DNA of 64,000 nt from Nemertoderma westbladi (taxonomy: Eukaryota; Animalia; Xenacoelomorpha). The notes under the pieces were generated by a model that was not told where the DNA came from, ran no database searches, and was given only the letters and a program-made list of their open reading frames with translations. The stretch spans positions 56,516 through 120,515 of the forward strand of contig JAUCBJ010006705.1 of assembly GCA_032718475.1 (NCBI GenBank), in the 5' to 3' direction. The position numbers and the translations under genes are program-made. Positions 25,601 to 39,893 of this stretch are shown piece by piece. Within the stretch, counting starts at the first letter, position 1. The number at the start of each line of letters is the position of its first letter.

Positions 25601-28600
25601 CCTTGTTCTGGCACAATAAGGTCAGGTAGGAGGAAGCCTTGTTCTGGCACAATAGGGTAAGGTAAGAGGAAGCCTTGTTCTGGCACAATAAGGTAAGGTA
25701 GGAGGAAGCCTTGTTCTGGCCCAATAAGGTAAGGTAGGAGGAAGCCTTGTTCTGGCACAATAAGGTAAGGTAGGAGGAAGCCTTGTTCTGGCACAATAAG
25801 GTAAGGTAGGAGGAAGCCTTGTTCTGGCACAATAAGGTAAGGTAGGAGGAAGCCTTGTTCTGGCACAATAAGGTAAGGTAGGAGGAAGCCTTGTTCTGGC
25901 ACAATAAGGTAAGGTAGGAGGAAGCCTTGTTCTGGCACAATAAGGTAAGGTAAGGTAGGAGGAAGCCTTGTTCTGGCACAATAAGGTAAGGTAGGAGGAA
26001 GCCTTGTTCTGGCACAATAATGTAAGGTAGGAGGAAGCCTTGTTCTGGCACAATAAGGTAAGGTAAGGTAGGAGGAAGCCTTGTTCTGGCACAATAAGGT
26101 AAGGTAGGAGGAAGCCTTGTTCTGGCACAATAAGGTAAGGTAAGGTAAGGTAGGAGGAAGCCTTGTTCTGGCACAATAAGGTAAGATAGGAGGAAGCCTT
26201 GTTCTGGCACAATAAGGTAAGGTAGGAGGAAGCCTTGTTCTGGCACAATAAGGTAAGGTAAGGTAAGGTAGGAGGAAGCCTTGTTCTGGCACAATAAGGT
26301 AAGGTAAGGTAAGGTAGGAGGAAGCCTTGTTCTGGCACAATAAGGTAAGATAGGAGGAATCCTTATTCTGGCACAATAAGGTAAAGTAAGGTAGGAGGAA
26401 GCCTTGTTCTGGCACAATAAGGTAAGGTAGGAGGAAGCCTTGTTCTGGCACAATAATGTAAGGTAGGAGGAAGCCTTGTTCTGGCACAATAAGGTAAGGT
26501 AAGGTAGGAGGAAGCCTTGTTCTGGCACAATAAGGTAAGGTAAGGTAGGAGGAAGCCTTGTTCTGGCACAATAAGGTAAGGTAGGAGGAGGCCTTGTTCT
26601 GGCACAATAAGGTAAGGTAAGGTAGGAGGAAGCCTTGTTCTGGTCCAATAAGGTAAGGTAAGGTAGGAGGAAGCCTTGTTCTGGCACAATAAGGTAAGGT
26701 AAGGTAGGAGGAAGCCTTGTTCTGGCACAATAAGGTAAGGTAGGAGGAAGCCTTGTTCTGGTACAATAAGGTAAGGTAGGAGGAAGCCTTTTTCTGGCAC
26801 AATAAGGTAAGGTAAGGTAGGAGGAAGCCTTGTTCTGGCACAATAAGGTAAGGTAAGGTAGGAGGAAGCCTTGTTCTGGCACAATAAGGTAAGGTAGAAG
26901 GAAGCCTTGTTCTGGCACAATAAGGTAAGGTAGGAGGAAGCCTTGTTCTGGCACAATAAGGTAAGGTAGGAGGAAGCCTTGTTCTGGCCCAATAAGGTAA
27001 GGTAGGAGGAAGCCTTGTTCTGGCACAATAAGGTAAGGTAGGAGGAAGCCTTGTTCTGGCACAATAAGGTAAGGTAGGAGGAAGCCTTGTTCTGGCACAA
27101 TAAGGTAAGGTAGGAGGAAGCCTTGTTCTGGCACAATAAGGTAAGGTAGGAGGAAGCCTTGTTCTGGCACAATAAGGTAAGGTAGGAGGAAGCCTTGTTC
27201 TGGCACAATAAGGTAAGGTAAGGTAGGAGGAAGCCTTGTTCTGGCACAATAAGGTAAGGTAGGAGGAAGCCTTGTTCTGGCACAATAATGTAAGGTAGGA
27301 GGAAGCCTTGTTCTGGCACAATAAGGTAAGGTAAGGTAGGAGGAAGCCTTGTTCTGGCACAATAAGGTAAGGTAGGAGGAAGCCTTGTTCTGGCACAATA
27401 AGGTAAGGTAAGGTAAGGTAGGAGGAAGCCTTGTTCTGGCACAATAAGGTAAGATAGGAGGAAGCCTTGTTCTGGCACAATAAGGTAAGGTAAGGTAAGG
27501 TAGGAGGAAGCCTTGTTCTGGCACAATAAGGTAAGATAGGAGGAATCCTTATTCTGGCACAATAAGGTAAAGTAAGGTAGGAGGAAGCCTTGTTCTGGCA
27601 CAATAAGGTAAGGTAGGAGGAAGCCTTGTTCTGGCACAATAATGTAAGGTAGGAGTAATCCATATTCTGGCACAATAAGGTAAAGTAAGGTAGGAGAAAG
27701 CCTTGTTCTGGCACAATAAGGTAAGGTAGGAGGAAGCCTTGTTCTGGCACAATAATGTAAGGTAGGAGGAAGCCTTGTTCTGGCACAATAAGGTAAGGTA
27801 AGGTAGGAGGAAGCCTTGTTCTGGCACAATAAGGTAAGGTAAGGTAGGAGGAAGCCTTGTTCAGGCACAATAACGTAAGGTAGGAGGAAGCCTTGTTCTG
27901 GCACAATAAGGTAAGGTAGGAGGAAGCCTTGTTCTGGCACAATAAGGTAAGGTAGGAGGAAGCCTTGTTCTGGCACAATAAGGTAAGGTAGGAGGAAGCC
28001 TTGTTCTGGCACAATAAGGTAAGGTAAGGTAGGAGGAAGCCTTGTTCTGGCACAATAAGGTAAAGTAAGGTAAGAGGATGCCTTGTTCTGGCACAATAAG
28101 GTAAGGTAAGGTAGGAGGGAGCCTTGTTCAGGCACAATAAGGTAAGGTAGGAGGAAGCCTTGTTCTGGCACAATAAGGTAAGGTAGGAGGAAGCCTTGTT
28201 CTGGCACAATAAGGTAAGGTAGGAGGAAGCCTTGTTCTGGTACAATAAGGTAAGGTAGGAGGAAGCCTTGTTCTGGCACAATAAGGTAAGGTAGGAGGAA
28301 GCCTTGTTCTGGCCCAATAAGGTAAGGTAGGAGGAAGCCTTGTTCAGGCACAATAAGGTAAGGTAGGAGGAAGCCTTGTTCTGGCACAATAAGGTAAGGT
28401 AGGAGGAAGCCTTGTTCTGGCACAATAAGGTAAGGTAGGAGGAAGCCTTGTTCTGGCACAATAAGGTAAGGTAGGAGGAAGCCTTGTTCTGGCACAATAA
28501 GGTAAGGTAGGAGGAAGCCTTGTTCTGGCACAATAAGGTAAGGTAGGAGGAAGCCTTGTTCTGGCACAATAAGGTAAGGTAGGAGGAAGCCTTGTTCTGG

Positions 28601-31600
28601 TACAATAAGGTAAGGTAGGAGGAAGCCTTGTTCTGGCACAATAAGGTAAGATAGGAGGAATCCTTATTCTGGTACAATAAGGTAAAGTAAGGTAGGAGGA
28701 AGCCTTGTTCTGGCACAATAAGGTAAGGTAGGAGGAAGCCTTGTTCTGGCACAATAATGTAAGGTAGGAGGAAGCCTTGTTCTGGCACAATAAGGTAAGG
28801 TAAGGTAGGAGGAAGCCTTGTTCTGGCACAATAAGGTAAGGTAAGGTAGGAGGAAGCCTTGTTCAGGCACAATAACGTAAGGTAGGAGGAAGCCTTGTTC
28901 TGGCACAATAAGGTAAGGTAGGAGGAAGCCTTGTTCTGGCACAATAAGGTAAGGTAGGAGGAAGCCTTGTTCTGGCACAATAAGGTAAGGTAGGAGGAAG
29001 CCTTGTTCTGGCACAATAAGGTAAGGTAAGGTAGGAGGAAGCCTTGTTCTGGCACAATAAGGTAAAGTAAGGTAGGAGGAAGCCTTGTTCTGGCACAATA
29101 AGGTAAGGTAAGGTAGGAGGGAGCCTTGTTCAGGCACAATAAGGTAAGGTAGGAGGAAGCCTTGTTCTGGCACAATAAGGTAAGGTAGGAGGAAGCCTTG
29201 TTCTGGCACAACAAGGTAAGGTAGGAGGAAGCCTTGTTCTGGTACAATAAGGTAAGGTAGGAGGAAGCCTTGTTCTGGCACAATAAGGTAAGGTAGGAGG
29301 AAGCCTTGTTCTGGCACAATAAGGTAAGGTAGGAGGAAGCCTTGTTCTGGCACAATAAGGTAAGGTAGGAGGAAGCCTTGTTCTGGCACAATAAGGTAAG
29401 GTAGGAGGAAGCCTTGTTCTGGCACAATAAGGTAAGGTAGGAGGAAGCCTTGTTCTGGCACAATAAGGTAAGGTAGGAGGAAGCCTTGTTCTGGCACAAT
29501 AAGGTAAGGTAGGAGGAAGCCTTGTTCTGGCACAATAAGGTAAGGTAGGACGAAGCCTTGTTCTGGCACAATAAGGCAAGGTAGGAGGAAGCCTTGTTCT
29601 GGTACAATAAGGTAAGGTAGGAGGAAGCCTTGTTCTGGCACAATAAGGTAAGGTAGGAGGGAGCCTTGTTCTGGCACAATAAGGTAAGTTAAGGTAGGAG
29701 GGAGCCTTGTTCTGGCACAATAAGGTAAGGTAGGAGGAAGCCTAGTTCTGGCACAATAAGGTAAGGTAGGAGGAAGCCTTGTTCTGGCACAATAAGGTAA
29801 GGTAGGAGGAAGCCTTGTTCTGGCACAATAAGGTAAGGTAAGGTAGGAGGGAGCCTTGTTCTGGCACAATAAGGTAAGGTAAGGTAGGAGGGAGCCTTGT
29901 TCTGGCACAATAAGGTAAGGTAGGAGGAAGCCTTGTTCTGGCACAATAAGGTAAGGTAGGAGGAAGCCTTGTTCTGGCACAATAAGGTAAGGTAGGAGGA
30001 AGCCTTGTTCTGGCACAATAAGGTAAGGTAGGAGGAAGCCTTGTTCTGGCACAATAAGGTAAGGTAGGAGGAAGCCTTGTTTTGGCACAATAAGTTAAGG
30101 TAGGAGGAAGCCTTGTTCTGGCACAATAAGGTAAGGTAGGAGGAAGCCTTGTTCTGGCACAATAAGGTAAGGTAGGAGGAAGCCTTGTTCTGGCACAATA
30201 AGGTAAGGTAAGGTAGGAGGATGCCTTGTTCTGGCACAATAAGGTAAGGTAAGGTAGGAGGAAGCCTTGTTCTGGCACAATAAGGTAAGGTAGGAGGAAG
30301 ACTTGTTCTGGCACAATAAGGTAAGGTAGGAGGAAGCCTTGTTCTGGCACAATAAGGTAAGGTAAGAGGAAGCCTTGTTCTGGCACAATAAGGTAAGGTA
30401 GGAGGAAGCCTTGTTCTGGCACAATAAGGTAAGGTAAGTTAGGAGGAAGCCTTGTTCTGGCACAATAAGGTAAGGTAGGAGGAAGCCTTGTTCTGGCACA
30501 ATAAGGTAAGGTAGGAGGAAGCCTTGTTCTGGAACAATAAGGTAAGGTAGGAGGAAGCCTTGTTCTGGCACAATAAGGTAAGGTAGGAGGAAGCCTTGTT
30601 CTGGCCCAATAAGGTAAGGTAAGGTAGGAGGAAGCCTTGTTCTGGCACAATAAGGTAAGGTAGGAGGAAGCCTTGTTCTGGCACAATAAGGTAAGGTAGG
30701 AGGAAGCCTTGTTCTGGCACAATAAGTTAAGGTAGGAGGAAGCCTTGTTCTGGCACAATAAGGTAAGGTAGGAGGAAGCCTTGTTCTGGCACAATAAGGT
30801 AAGGTAGGAGGAAGACTTGTTCTGGCACAATAAGTTAAGGTAGGAGGAAGCCTTGTTCTGGCACAATAAGGTAAGGTAGGAGGAAGCCTTGTTCTGGCAC
30901 AATAAGGTAAGGTAGGAGGAAGCCTTGTTCAGGCACAATAAGGTAAGGTAGGAGGAAGCCTTGTTCTGGCACAATAAGGTAAGGTAGGAGGAAGCCTTGT
31001 TCTGGCACAATAAGGTAAGGTAAGGTAGGAGCGAGCCTTGTTCTGGCACAATAAGGTAAGGTAAGGTAGGAGGGAGCCTTGTTCTGGCACAATAAGGTAA
31101 GGTAGGAGGAAGCCTTGTTCTGGCACAATAAGGTAAGGTAGGAGGAAGCCTTGTTCTGGCACAATAAGGTAAGGTAGGAGGAAGCCTTGTTCTGGCACAT
31201 TAAGGTAAGGTAAGGTAGGAGGAAGCCTTGTTCTGGCACAATAAGGTAAGGTGGGAGGAAGCCTTGTTCTGGCACAATAAGGTAAGGTAGGAGGAAGCCT
31301 TGTTCTGGCACAATAAGGTAATGTAAGGTAGGAGGAAGCCTTGTTCTGGCACAATAAGGTAAGGTAGGAGGAAGCCTTGTTCTGGCACAATAAGGTAAGG
31401 TAGGAGGAAGCCTTGTTCTGGCACAATAAGGTAAGGTAGGAGGAAGCCTTGTTCTGGCACAATAAGGTAAGGTAAGGTAGGAGGAAGCCTTGTTCAGGCA
31501 CAATAAGGTAAGGTAGGAGGAAGCCTTGTTCTGGCACAATAAGGTAAGGTAAGGTAGGAGCGAGCCTTGTTCTGGCACAATAAGGTAAGGTAAGGTAGGA

Positions 31601-34600
31601 GCGAGCCTTGTTCTGGCACAATAAGGTAAGGTAAGGTAGGAGGGAGCCTTGTTCTGGCACAATAAGGTAAGGTAGGAGGAAGCCTTGTTCTGGCACAATA
31701 AGGTAAGGTCGGAGGAAGCCTTGTTCTGGCACAATAAGGTAAGGTAAGGTAGGAGGGAGCCTTGTTCTGGCACAATAAGGTAAGGTAGGAGGAAGCCTTG
31801 TTCTGGCACAATAAGGTAAGGTAGGAGGAAGCCTTGTTCTGGCACAATAAGGTAAGGTAGGAGGAAGCCTTGTTCTGGCACAATAAGGTAAGGTAGGAGG
31901 AAGCCTTGTTCTGGCACAATAAGGTAAGGTAAGGTAGGAGGGAGCCTTGTTCTGGCACAATAAGGTAAGGTAAGGTAGGAGGGAGCCTTGTTCTGGCACA
32001 ATAAGGTAAGGTAAGGTAGGAGGAAGCCTTGTTCTGGCACAATAAGGTAAGGAAGGAGGAAGCCTTGTTCTGGCACAATAAGGTAAGGTAGGAGGAAGCC
32101 TTGTTCTGGCAATATAAGGTAAGGTAGGAGGAAGCCTTGTTCTCGCACAATAAGGTAAGTTAAGGTAGGAGGAAGCCTTGTTCTGGCACTATAAGGTAAG
32201 GTAGGAGGAAGCCTTGTTCTGGCACAATAAGGTAAGGTAAGGTAGGAGGAAGCCTTGTTCTGGCACAATAAGGTAAGGTAGGAGGAAGCCTTGTTCTGGT
32301 ACAATAAGGTAAGGTAGGAGGGAGCCTTGTTCTGGTACAATAAGGTAAGGTAGGAGGAAGCCTTGTTCTGGCACAATAAGGTAAGGTAAGGTAAGGTAGG
32401 AGGAAGCCTTGTTCTGGCACAATAAGGTAAGGTAGGAGGAAGCCTTGTTCTGGCACAATAAGGTAAGGTAGGAGGAAGCCTTGTTCTGGCACAATAAGGT
32501 AAGGTAGGAGGAAGCCTTGTTCTGGCACAATAAGGTAAGGTAGGAGGAAGCCTTGTTCTGGCACAATAAGGTAAGGTAAGGTAGGAGGAAGCCTTGTTCT
32601 CGCACAATAAGGTAAGGTAAGGTAGGAGGAAGCCTTGTTCTGGCACTATAAGGTAAGGTAGGAGGAAGCCTTGTTCTGGCACTATAAGGTAAGGTAGGAG
32701 GAAGCCTTGTTCTGGCACAATAAGGTAAGGTAGGAGGAAGCCTTGTTCTGGCACAATAAGGTAAGGTAGGAGGGAGCCTTGTTCTGGTACAATAAGGTAA
32801 GGTAGGAGGAAGCCTTGTTCTGGCACAATAAGGTAAGGTAGGAGGAAGCCTTGTTCTGGCACAATAAGGTAAGTTAGGAGGAAGCCTTGTTCTGGTACAA
32901 TAAGGTAAGGTAGGAGGAAGACTTGTTCTGGCACAATAAGGTAAGGTAGGAGGAAGACTTGTTCTGGCACAATAAGGTAAGATAAGGTAGGAGGAAGACT
33001 TGTTCTGGCACAATAAGGTAAGGTAGGAGGAAGCCTTGTTCTGGCACAATAAGGTAAGTTAGGAGGAAGCCTTGTTCTGGCACAATAAGGTAAGGTAGGA
33101 GGAAGCCTTGTTCTGGCACAATAAGGTAAGGTAGGTGGAAGCCTTGTTCTGGCACTATAAGGTAAGGTAGGAGGAAGCCTTGTTCTGGCACAATAAGGTA
33201 AGGTAGGAGGAAGCCTTGTTCTGGCACAATAAGGTAAGGTAGGAGGAAGCCTTGTTCTGGCACTATAAGGTAAGGTAGGAGGAAGCCTTGTTCTGGCACA
33301 ATAAGGTAAGGTAAGGTAGGAGGAAGCCTTGTTCTGGCACAATAAGGTAAGGTAGGAGGAAGCCTTGTTCTGGCACAATAAGGTAAGGTAGGAGGAAGCC
33401 TTATTCTGGCACAATAAGGTAAGGTAGGAGGAAGCCTTGTTCTGGTACAATAAGGTAAGGTAGGAGGAAGCCTTGTTCTGGTACAATAAGGTAAGGTAGG
33501 AGGGAGCCTTGTTCTGGTACAATAAGGTAAGGTAGGAGGAAGCCTTATTCTGGCACAATAAGGTAAGGTAGGAGGAAGCCTTGTTCTGGCACTATAAGGT
33601 AAGGTAGGAGGAAGCCTTGTTCTGGCACAATAAGGTAAGTTAGGAGGAAGCCTTGTTCTGGCACTATAAGGTAAGGTAGGAGGAAGCCTTGTTCTGGCAC
33701 AATAAGGTAAGGTAGGAGGAAGCCTTATTCTGGCACAATAAGGTAAGGTAGGAGGAAGACTTGTTCTGGCACAATAAGGTAAGGTAGGAGGAAGCCTTGT
33801 TCTGGCACAATAAGGTAAGGTAGGAGGAAGCCTTGTTCTGGCACAATAAGGTAAGGTAGGAGGAAGCCTTGTTCTGGCACAATAAGGTAAGTTAGGAGGA
33901 AGCCTTGTTCTGGTACAATAAGGTAAGGTAGGAGGAAGCCTTGTTCTGGCACAATAAGGTAAGTTAGGAGGAAGCCTTGTTCTGGTACAATAAGGTAAGT
34001 TAGGAGGAAGCCTTGTTCTGGTACAATAAGGTAAGTTAGGAGGAAGCCTTGTTCTGGTACAATAAGGTAAGTTAGGAGGAAGCCTTGTTCTGGTACAATA
34101 AGGTAAGGTAGGAGGAAGCCTTGTTCTGGCACAATAAGGTAAGTTAGGAGGAAGCCTTGTTCTGGCACAATAAGGTAAGTTAGGAGGAAGCCTTGTTCTG
34201 GTACAATAAGGTAAGGTAGGAGGAAGACTTGTTCTGGCACAATAAGGTAAGGTAGGAGGAAGCCTTGTTCTGGCACAATAAGGTAAGATAAGGTAGGAGG
34301 AAGACTTGTTCTGGCACAATAAGGTAAGGTAGGAGGAAGCCTTGTTCTGGCACAATAAGGTAAGTTAGGAGGAAGCCTTGTTCTGGCACAATAAGGTAAG
34401 GTAAGGTAGGAGGAAGACTTGTTCTGGCACAATAAGGTAAGATAAGGTAGGAGGAAGACTTGTTCTGGCACAATAAGGTAAGGTAGGAGGAAGCCTTGTT
34501 CTGGCACAATAAGGTAAGTTAGGAGGAAGCCTTGTTCTGGCACAATAAGGTAAGGTAGGAGGAAGCCTTGTTCTGGCACAATAAGGTAAGGTAGGTGGAA

Positions 34601-37600
34601 GCCTTGTTCTGGCACTATAAGGTAAGGTAGGAGGAAGCCTTGTTCTGGCACAATAAGGTAAGGTAGGAGGAAGCCTTGTTCTGGCACAATAAGGTAAGGT
34701 AGGAGGAAGCCTTGTTCTGGCACTATAAGGTAAGGTAGGAGGAAGCCTTGTTCTGGCACAATAAGGTAAGGTAAGGTAGGAGGAAGCCTTGTTCTGGCAC
34801 AATAAGGTAAGGTAGGAGGAAGCCTTGTTCTGGCACAATAAGGTAAGGTAAGGTAGGAGGAAGCCTTATTCTGGCACAATAAGGTAAGGTAGGAGGAAGC
34901 CTTGTTCTGGCACTATAAGGTAAGGTAGGAGGAAGCCTTGTTCTGGCACAATAAGGTAAGTTAGGAGGAAGCCTTGTTCTGGCACTATAAGGTAAGGTAG
35001 GAGGAAGCCTTGTTCTGGCACAATAAGGTAAGGTAGGAGGAAGCCTTATTCTGGCACAATAATGTAAGGTAGGAGGAAGACTTGTTCTGGCACAATAAGG
35101 TAAGGTAGGAGGAAGCCTTGTTCTGGCACAATAAGGTAAGGTAGGAGGAAGCCTTGTTCTGGCACAATAAGGTAAGGTAGGAGGAAGCCTTGTTCTGGCA
35201 CAATAAGGTAAGTTAGGAGGAAGCCTTGTTCTGGTACAATAAGGTAAGGTAGGAGGAAGCCTTGTTCTGGCACAATAAGGTAAGTTAGGAGGAAGCCTTG
35301 TTCTGGTACAATAAGGTAAGGTAGGAGGAAGCCTTGTTCTAGCACAATAAGGTAAGGTAGGAGGAAGCCTTGTTCTGGCACAATAAGGTAAGGTAGGAGG
35401 AAGCCTTGTTCTGGCACAATAAGGTAAGGTAGGAGGAAGCCTTGTTCTGGCACAATAAGGTAAGGTAGGAGGAAGCCTTGTTCTGGCACAATAAGGTAAG
35501 GTAGGAGGAAGCCTTGTTCTGGCACAATAAGGTAAGGTAGGAGGAAGCCTTGTTCTGGCACAATAAGGTAAGGTAGGAGGAAGCCTTGTTCTGGCACAAT
35601 AAGGTAAGGTAGGAGGAAGCCTTGTTCTGGTACAATAAGGTAAGGTAGGAGGAAGCCTTGTTCTGGCACAATAAGGTAAGGTAGGGGGAAGCCTTGTTCT
35701 GGCACAATAAGGTAAGGTAGGAGGAAGCCTTGTTCTGGTACAATAAGGTAAGGTAGGAGGAAGCCTTGTTCTGGCACAATAAGGTAAGTTAGGAGGAAGC
35801 CTTGTTCTGGTACAATAAGGTAAGGTAGGAGGAAGCCTTGTTCTGGCACAATAAGGTAAGTTAGGAGGAAGCCTTGTTCTGGTACAATAAGGTAAGGTAG
35901 GAGGAAGCCTTGTTCCGGCACAATAAGATAAGGTAGGAGGAAGCCTTGTTCTGGCACTATAAGGTAAGGTAGGAGGAAGCCTTGTTCTGGCACAATAAGG
36001 TAAGGTAAGGTAGGAGGAAGCCTTGTTCTGGCACAATAAGGTAAGGTAGGAGGAAGCCTTATTCTGGCACAATAAGGTAAGGTAGGAGGAAGCCTTGTTC
36101 TGGCACTATAAGGTAAGGTAGGAGGAAGCCTTGTTCTGGCACAATAAGGTAAGGTAAGGTAGGAGGAAGCCTTGTTCTGGCACAATAAGGTAAGGTAGGA
36201 GGAAGCCTTATTCTGGCACAATAAGGTAAGGTAGGAGGAAGCCTTGTTCTGGCACAATAAGGTAAGGTAGGAGGAAGCCTTGTTCTGGCACAATAAGGTA
36301 AGGTAGGAGGAAGCCTTTTTCTGGCACTATAAGGTAAGGTAGGAGGAAGCCTTGTTCTGGCACAATAAGGTAAGGTAAGGTAGGAGGAAGCCTTGTTCTG
36401 GCACAATAAGGTAAGGTAGGAGGAAGTCTTGTTCTGGCACTATAAGGTAAGGTAGGAGGAAGCCTTGTTCTGGCACAATAAGGTAAGGTAAGGTAAGGTA
36501 GGAGGAAGCCTTATTCTGGCACAATAAGGTAAGGTAAGAGGAAGCCTTGTTCTGGCACAATAAGGTAAAGTAAGGTAGGAGGAAGCCTTGTTCTGGCACA
36601 ATAAGGTAAGGTAGGAGGAAGCCTTATTCTGGCACAATAAGGTAAAGTAAGGGAGGAGGAAGCCTTGTTCTGGCACAATAAGGTAAGGTAGGAGGAAGCC
36701 TTGTTCTGGCACAATAAGGTAAGGTAAGGTAGGAGGAAGCCTTGTTCTGGCACAATAAGGTAAGGTGGGAGGAAGCCTTGTTCTGGCACTATAAGGTAAG
36801 GTAAGGTAGGAGGAAGCCTTGTTCTGGCACAACATGGTAAGGTAGGAGGAAGCCTTGTTCTGGCACAATAAGGTAAGGTAGGAGGAAGCCTTGTTCTGGC
36901 ACAATAAGGTAAGGTAAGGTAGGAGGAAGCCTTGTTCTGGCACAATAAGGTAAGGTAAGGTAGGAGGAAGCCTTGTTCTGGCACAATAAGGTAAGGTAGG
37001 AGGAAGCCTTGTTCTGGCCCAATAAGGTAAGGTAGGAGGAAGCCTTGTTCTGGCACAATAAGGTAAGGTTGGAGGAAGCCTTGTTCTGGCACAATAAGGT
37101 AAGGTAGGAGGAAGCCTTGTTCTGGCACAATAAGGTAAGGTAGGAGGAAGCCTTGTTCTAGCACAATAAGGTAAGGTAGGAGGAAGCCTTGTTCTGGCAC
37201 AATAAGGTAAGGTAGGAGGAAGCCTTGTTCTGGCACAATAAGGTAAGGTAGGAGGAAGCCTTGTTCTGGCCCAATAAGGTAAGGTAGGAGGAAGCCTTGT
37301 TCTGGCACAATAAGGTAAGGTAGGAGGAAGCCTTGTTCTGGCACAATAAGGTAAGGTAGGAGGAAGCCTTGTTCTGGCACAATAAGGTAAGGTAGGAGGA
37401 AGCCTTGTTCTGGCACAATAAGGTAAGGTAGGAGGAAGCCTTGTTCTGGCACAATAAGGTAAGGTAGGAGGAAGCCTTGTTCTGGCACAATAAGGTAAGG
37501 TAGGGGGAAGCCTTGTTCTGGCACAATAAGGTAAGGTAGGAGGAAGCCTTGTTCTGGTACAATAAGGTAAGGTAGGAGGAAGCCTTGTTCTGGCACAATA

Positions 37601-39857
37601 AGGTAAGTTAGGAGGAAGCCTTGTTCTGGTACAATAAGGTAAGGTAGGAGGAAGCCTTGTTCTGGCACAATAAGGTAAGTTAGGAGGAAGCCTTGTTCTG
37701 GTACAATAAGGTAAGGTAGGAGGAAGCCTTGTTCCGGCACAATAAGATAAGGTAGGAGGAAGCCTTGTTCTGGCACTATAAGGTAAGGTAGGAGGAAGCC
37801 TTGTTCTGGCACAATAAGGTAAGGTAAGGTAGGAGGAAGCCTTGTTCTGGCACAATAAGGTAAGGTAGGAGGAAGCCTTATTCTGGCACAATAAGGTAAG
37901 GTAGGAGGAAGCCTTGTTCTGGCACTATAAGGTAAGGTAGGAGGAAGCCTTGTTCTGGCACAATAAGGTAAGGTAAGGTAGGAGGAAGCCTTGTTCTGGC
38001 ACAATAAGGTAAGGTAGGAGGAAGCCTTATTCTGGCACAATAAGGTAAGGTAGGAGGAAGCCTTGTTCTGGCACAATAAGGTAAGGTAGGAGGAAGCCTT
38101 GTTCTGGCACAATAAGGTAAGGTAGGAGGAAGCCTTTTTCTGGCACTATAAGGTAAGGTAGGAGGAAGCCTTGTTCTGGCACAATAAGGTAAGGTAAGGT
38201 AGGAGGAAGCCTTGTTCTGGCACAATAAGGTAAGGTAGGAGGAAGTCTTGTTCTGGCACTATAAGGTAAGGTAGGAGGAAGCCTTGTTCTGGCACAATAA
38301 GGTAAGGTAAGGTAGGAGGAAGCCTTATTCTGGCACAATAAGGTAAGGTAAGAGGAAGCCTTGTTCTGGCACAATAAGGTAAAGTAAGGGAGGAGGAAGC
38401 CTTGTTCTGGCACAATAAGGTAAGGTAGGAGGAAGCCTTATTCTGGCACAATAAGGTAAAGTAAGGGAGGAGGAAGCCTTGTTCTGGCACAATAAGGTAA
38501 GGTAGGAGGAAGCCTTGTTCTGGCACAATAAGGTAAGGTAAGGTAGGAGGAAGCCTTGTTCTGGCACAATAAGGTAAGGTGGGAGGAAGCCTTGTTCTGG
38601 CACTATAAGGTAAGGTAAGGTAGGAGGAAGCCTTGTTCTGGCACAACATGGTAAGGTAGGAGGAAGCCTTGTTCTGGCACAATAAGGTAAGGTAGGAGGA
38701 AGCCTTGTTCTGGCACAATAAGGTAAGGTAAGGTAGGAGGAAGCCTTGTTCTGGCACAATAAGGTAAGGTAAGGTAGGAGGAAGCCTTGTTCTGGCACAA
38801 TAAGGTAAGGTAGGAGGAAGCCTTGTTCTGGCCCAATAAGGTAAGGTAGGAGGAAGCCTTGTTCTGGCACAATAAGGTAAGGTTGGAGGAAGCCTTGTTC
38901 TGGCACAATAAGGTAAGGTAGGAGGAAGCCTTGTTCTGGCACAATAAGGTAAGGTCGGAGGAAGCCTTGTTCTGGCACAATAAGGTAAGGTAAGGTAGGA
39001 GGAAGCCTTGTTCTGGCACAATAAGGTAAGGTAAGGTAGGAGGAAGCCTTGTTCTGGCACAATAAGGTAAGGTAGGAGGAAGCCTTGTTCTGGCCCAATA
39101 AGGTAAGGTAGGAGGAAGCCTTATTCTGGCACAATAAGGTAAAGTAAGGGAGGAGGAAGCCTTGTTCTGGTACAATAAGGTAAGGTAGGAGGAAGCCTTG
39201 TTCTGGCACAATAAGGTAAGGTAAGGTAGGAGGAAGCCTTGTTCTGGCACAATAAGGTAAGGTGGGAGGAAGCCTTGTTCTGGCACAATAAGGTAAGGTA
39301 AGGTAGGAGGAAGCCTTGTTCTGGCACAATATGGTAAGGTAGGAGGAAGCCTTGTTCTGGCACAATAAGGTAAGGTAGGAGGAAGCCTTGTTCTGGCACA
39401 ATAAGGTAAGGTAAGGTAGGAGGAAGCCTTGTTCTGGCACAATAAGGTAAGGTAAGGTAGGAGGAAGCCTTGTTCTGGCACAATAAGGTAAGGTAGGAGG
39501 AAGCCTTGTTCTGGCCCAATAAGGTAAGGTAGGAGGAAGCCTTGTTCTGGCACAATAAGGTAAGGTAGGAGGAAGCCTTGTTCTGGCCCAATAAGGTAAG
39601 GTAGGAGGAAGCCTTGTTCTGGCACAATAAGGTAAGGTAGGAGGGAGCCTTGTTCTGGTACAATAAGGTAGGGTAGGAGGAAGCCTTGTTCTGGCACAAT
39701 AAGGTAAGGTAGGAGGAAGCCTTGTTCTGGCACAATAAGGTAGGGTAGGAGGAAGCCTTGTTCTGGCACAATAAGGTAAGGTAGGAGGAAGCCTTGTTCT
39801 GGCACAATAAGGTAAGGTAGGAGGAAGCCTTGTTCTGGCACAATAAGGTAAGGTAAG
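19651..39857. repeat. 36-bp satellite, main array (~20 kb) with 41/46-bp variants and kb-scale internal duplications
   Basis: Directly visible; rare variant monomers recur at fixed offsets. Confidence 0.99.
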
Positions 39858-39893
39858 ATAATCAGGTAAAAGAATGAAGGTTTCTCTTGTTAG

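Noticed and set aside
260-39843. Dozens of long minus-strand ORFs (PEQGFLLPYLIV / CQNKASSYLTLL / CARTRLPPTLPY repeats)
   Set aside because: The minus strand of the 36-mer has no stop in any frame, 5-bp indels switch frames freely, and starts are non-ATG. These are satellite artefacts, not proteins.
1-39857. 36-bp repeat with a hairpin as a CRISPR array
   Set aside because: The monomers are contiguous with no unique spacers, there are no cas genes, and the context is eukaryotic
19651-39857. True telomeric repeat tract
   Set aside because: TAAGG occurs only 2-4 times per monomer inside a complex unit, and the array is internal
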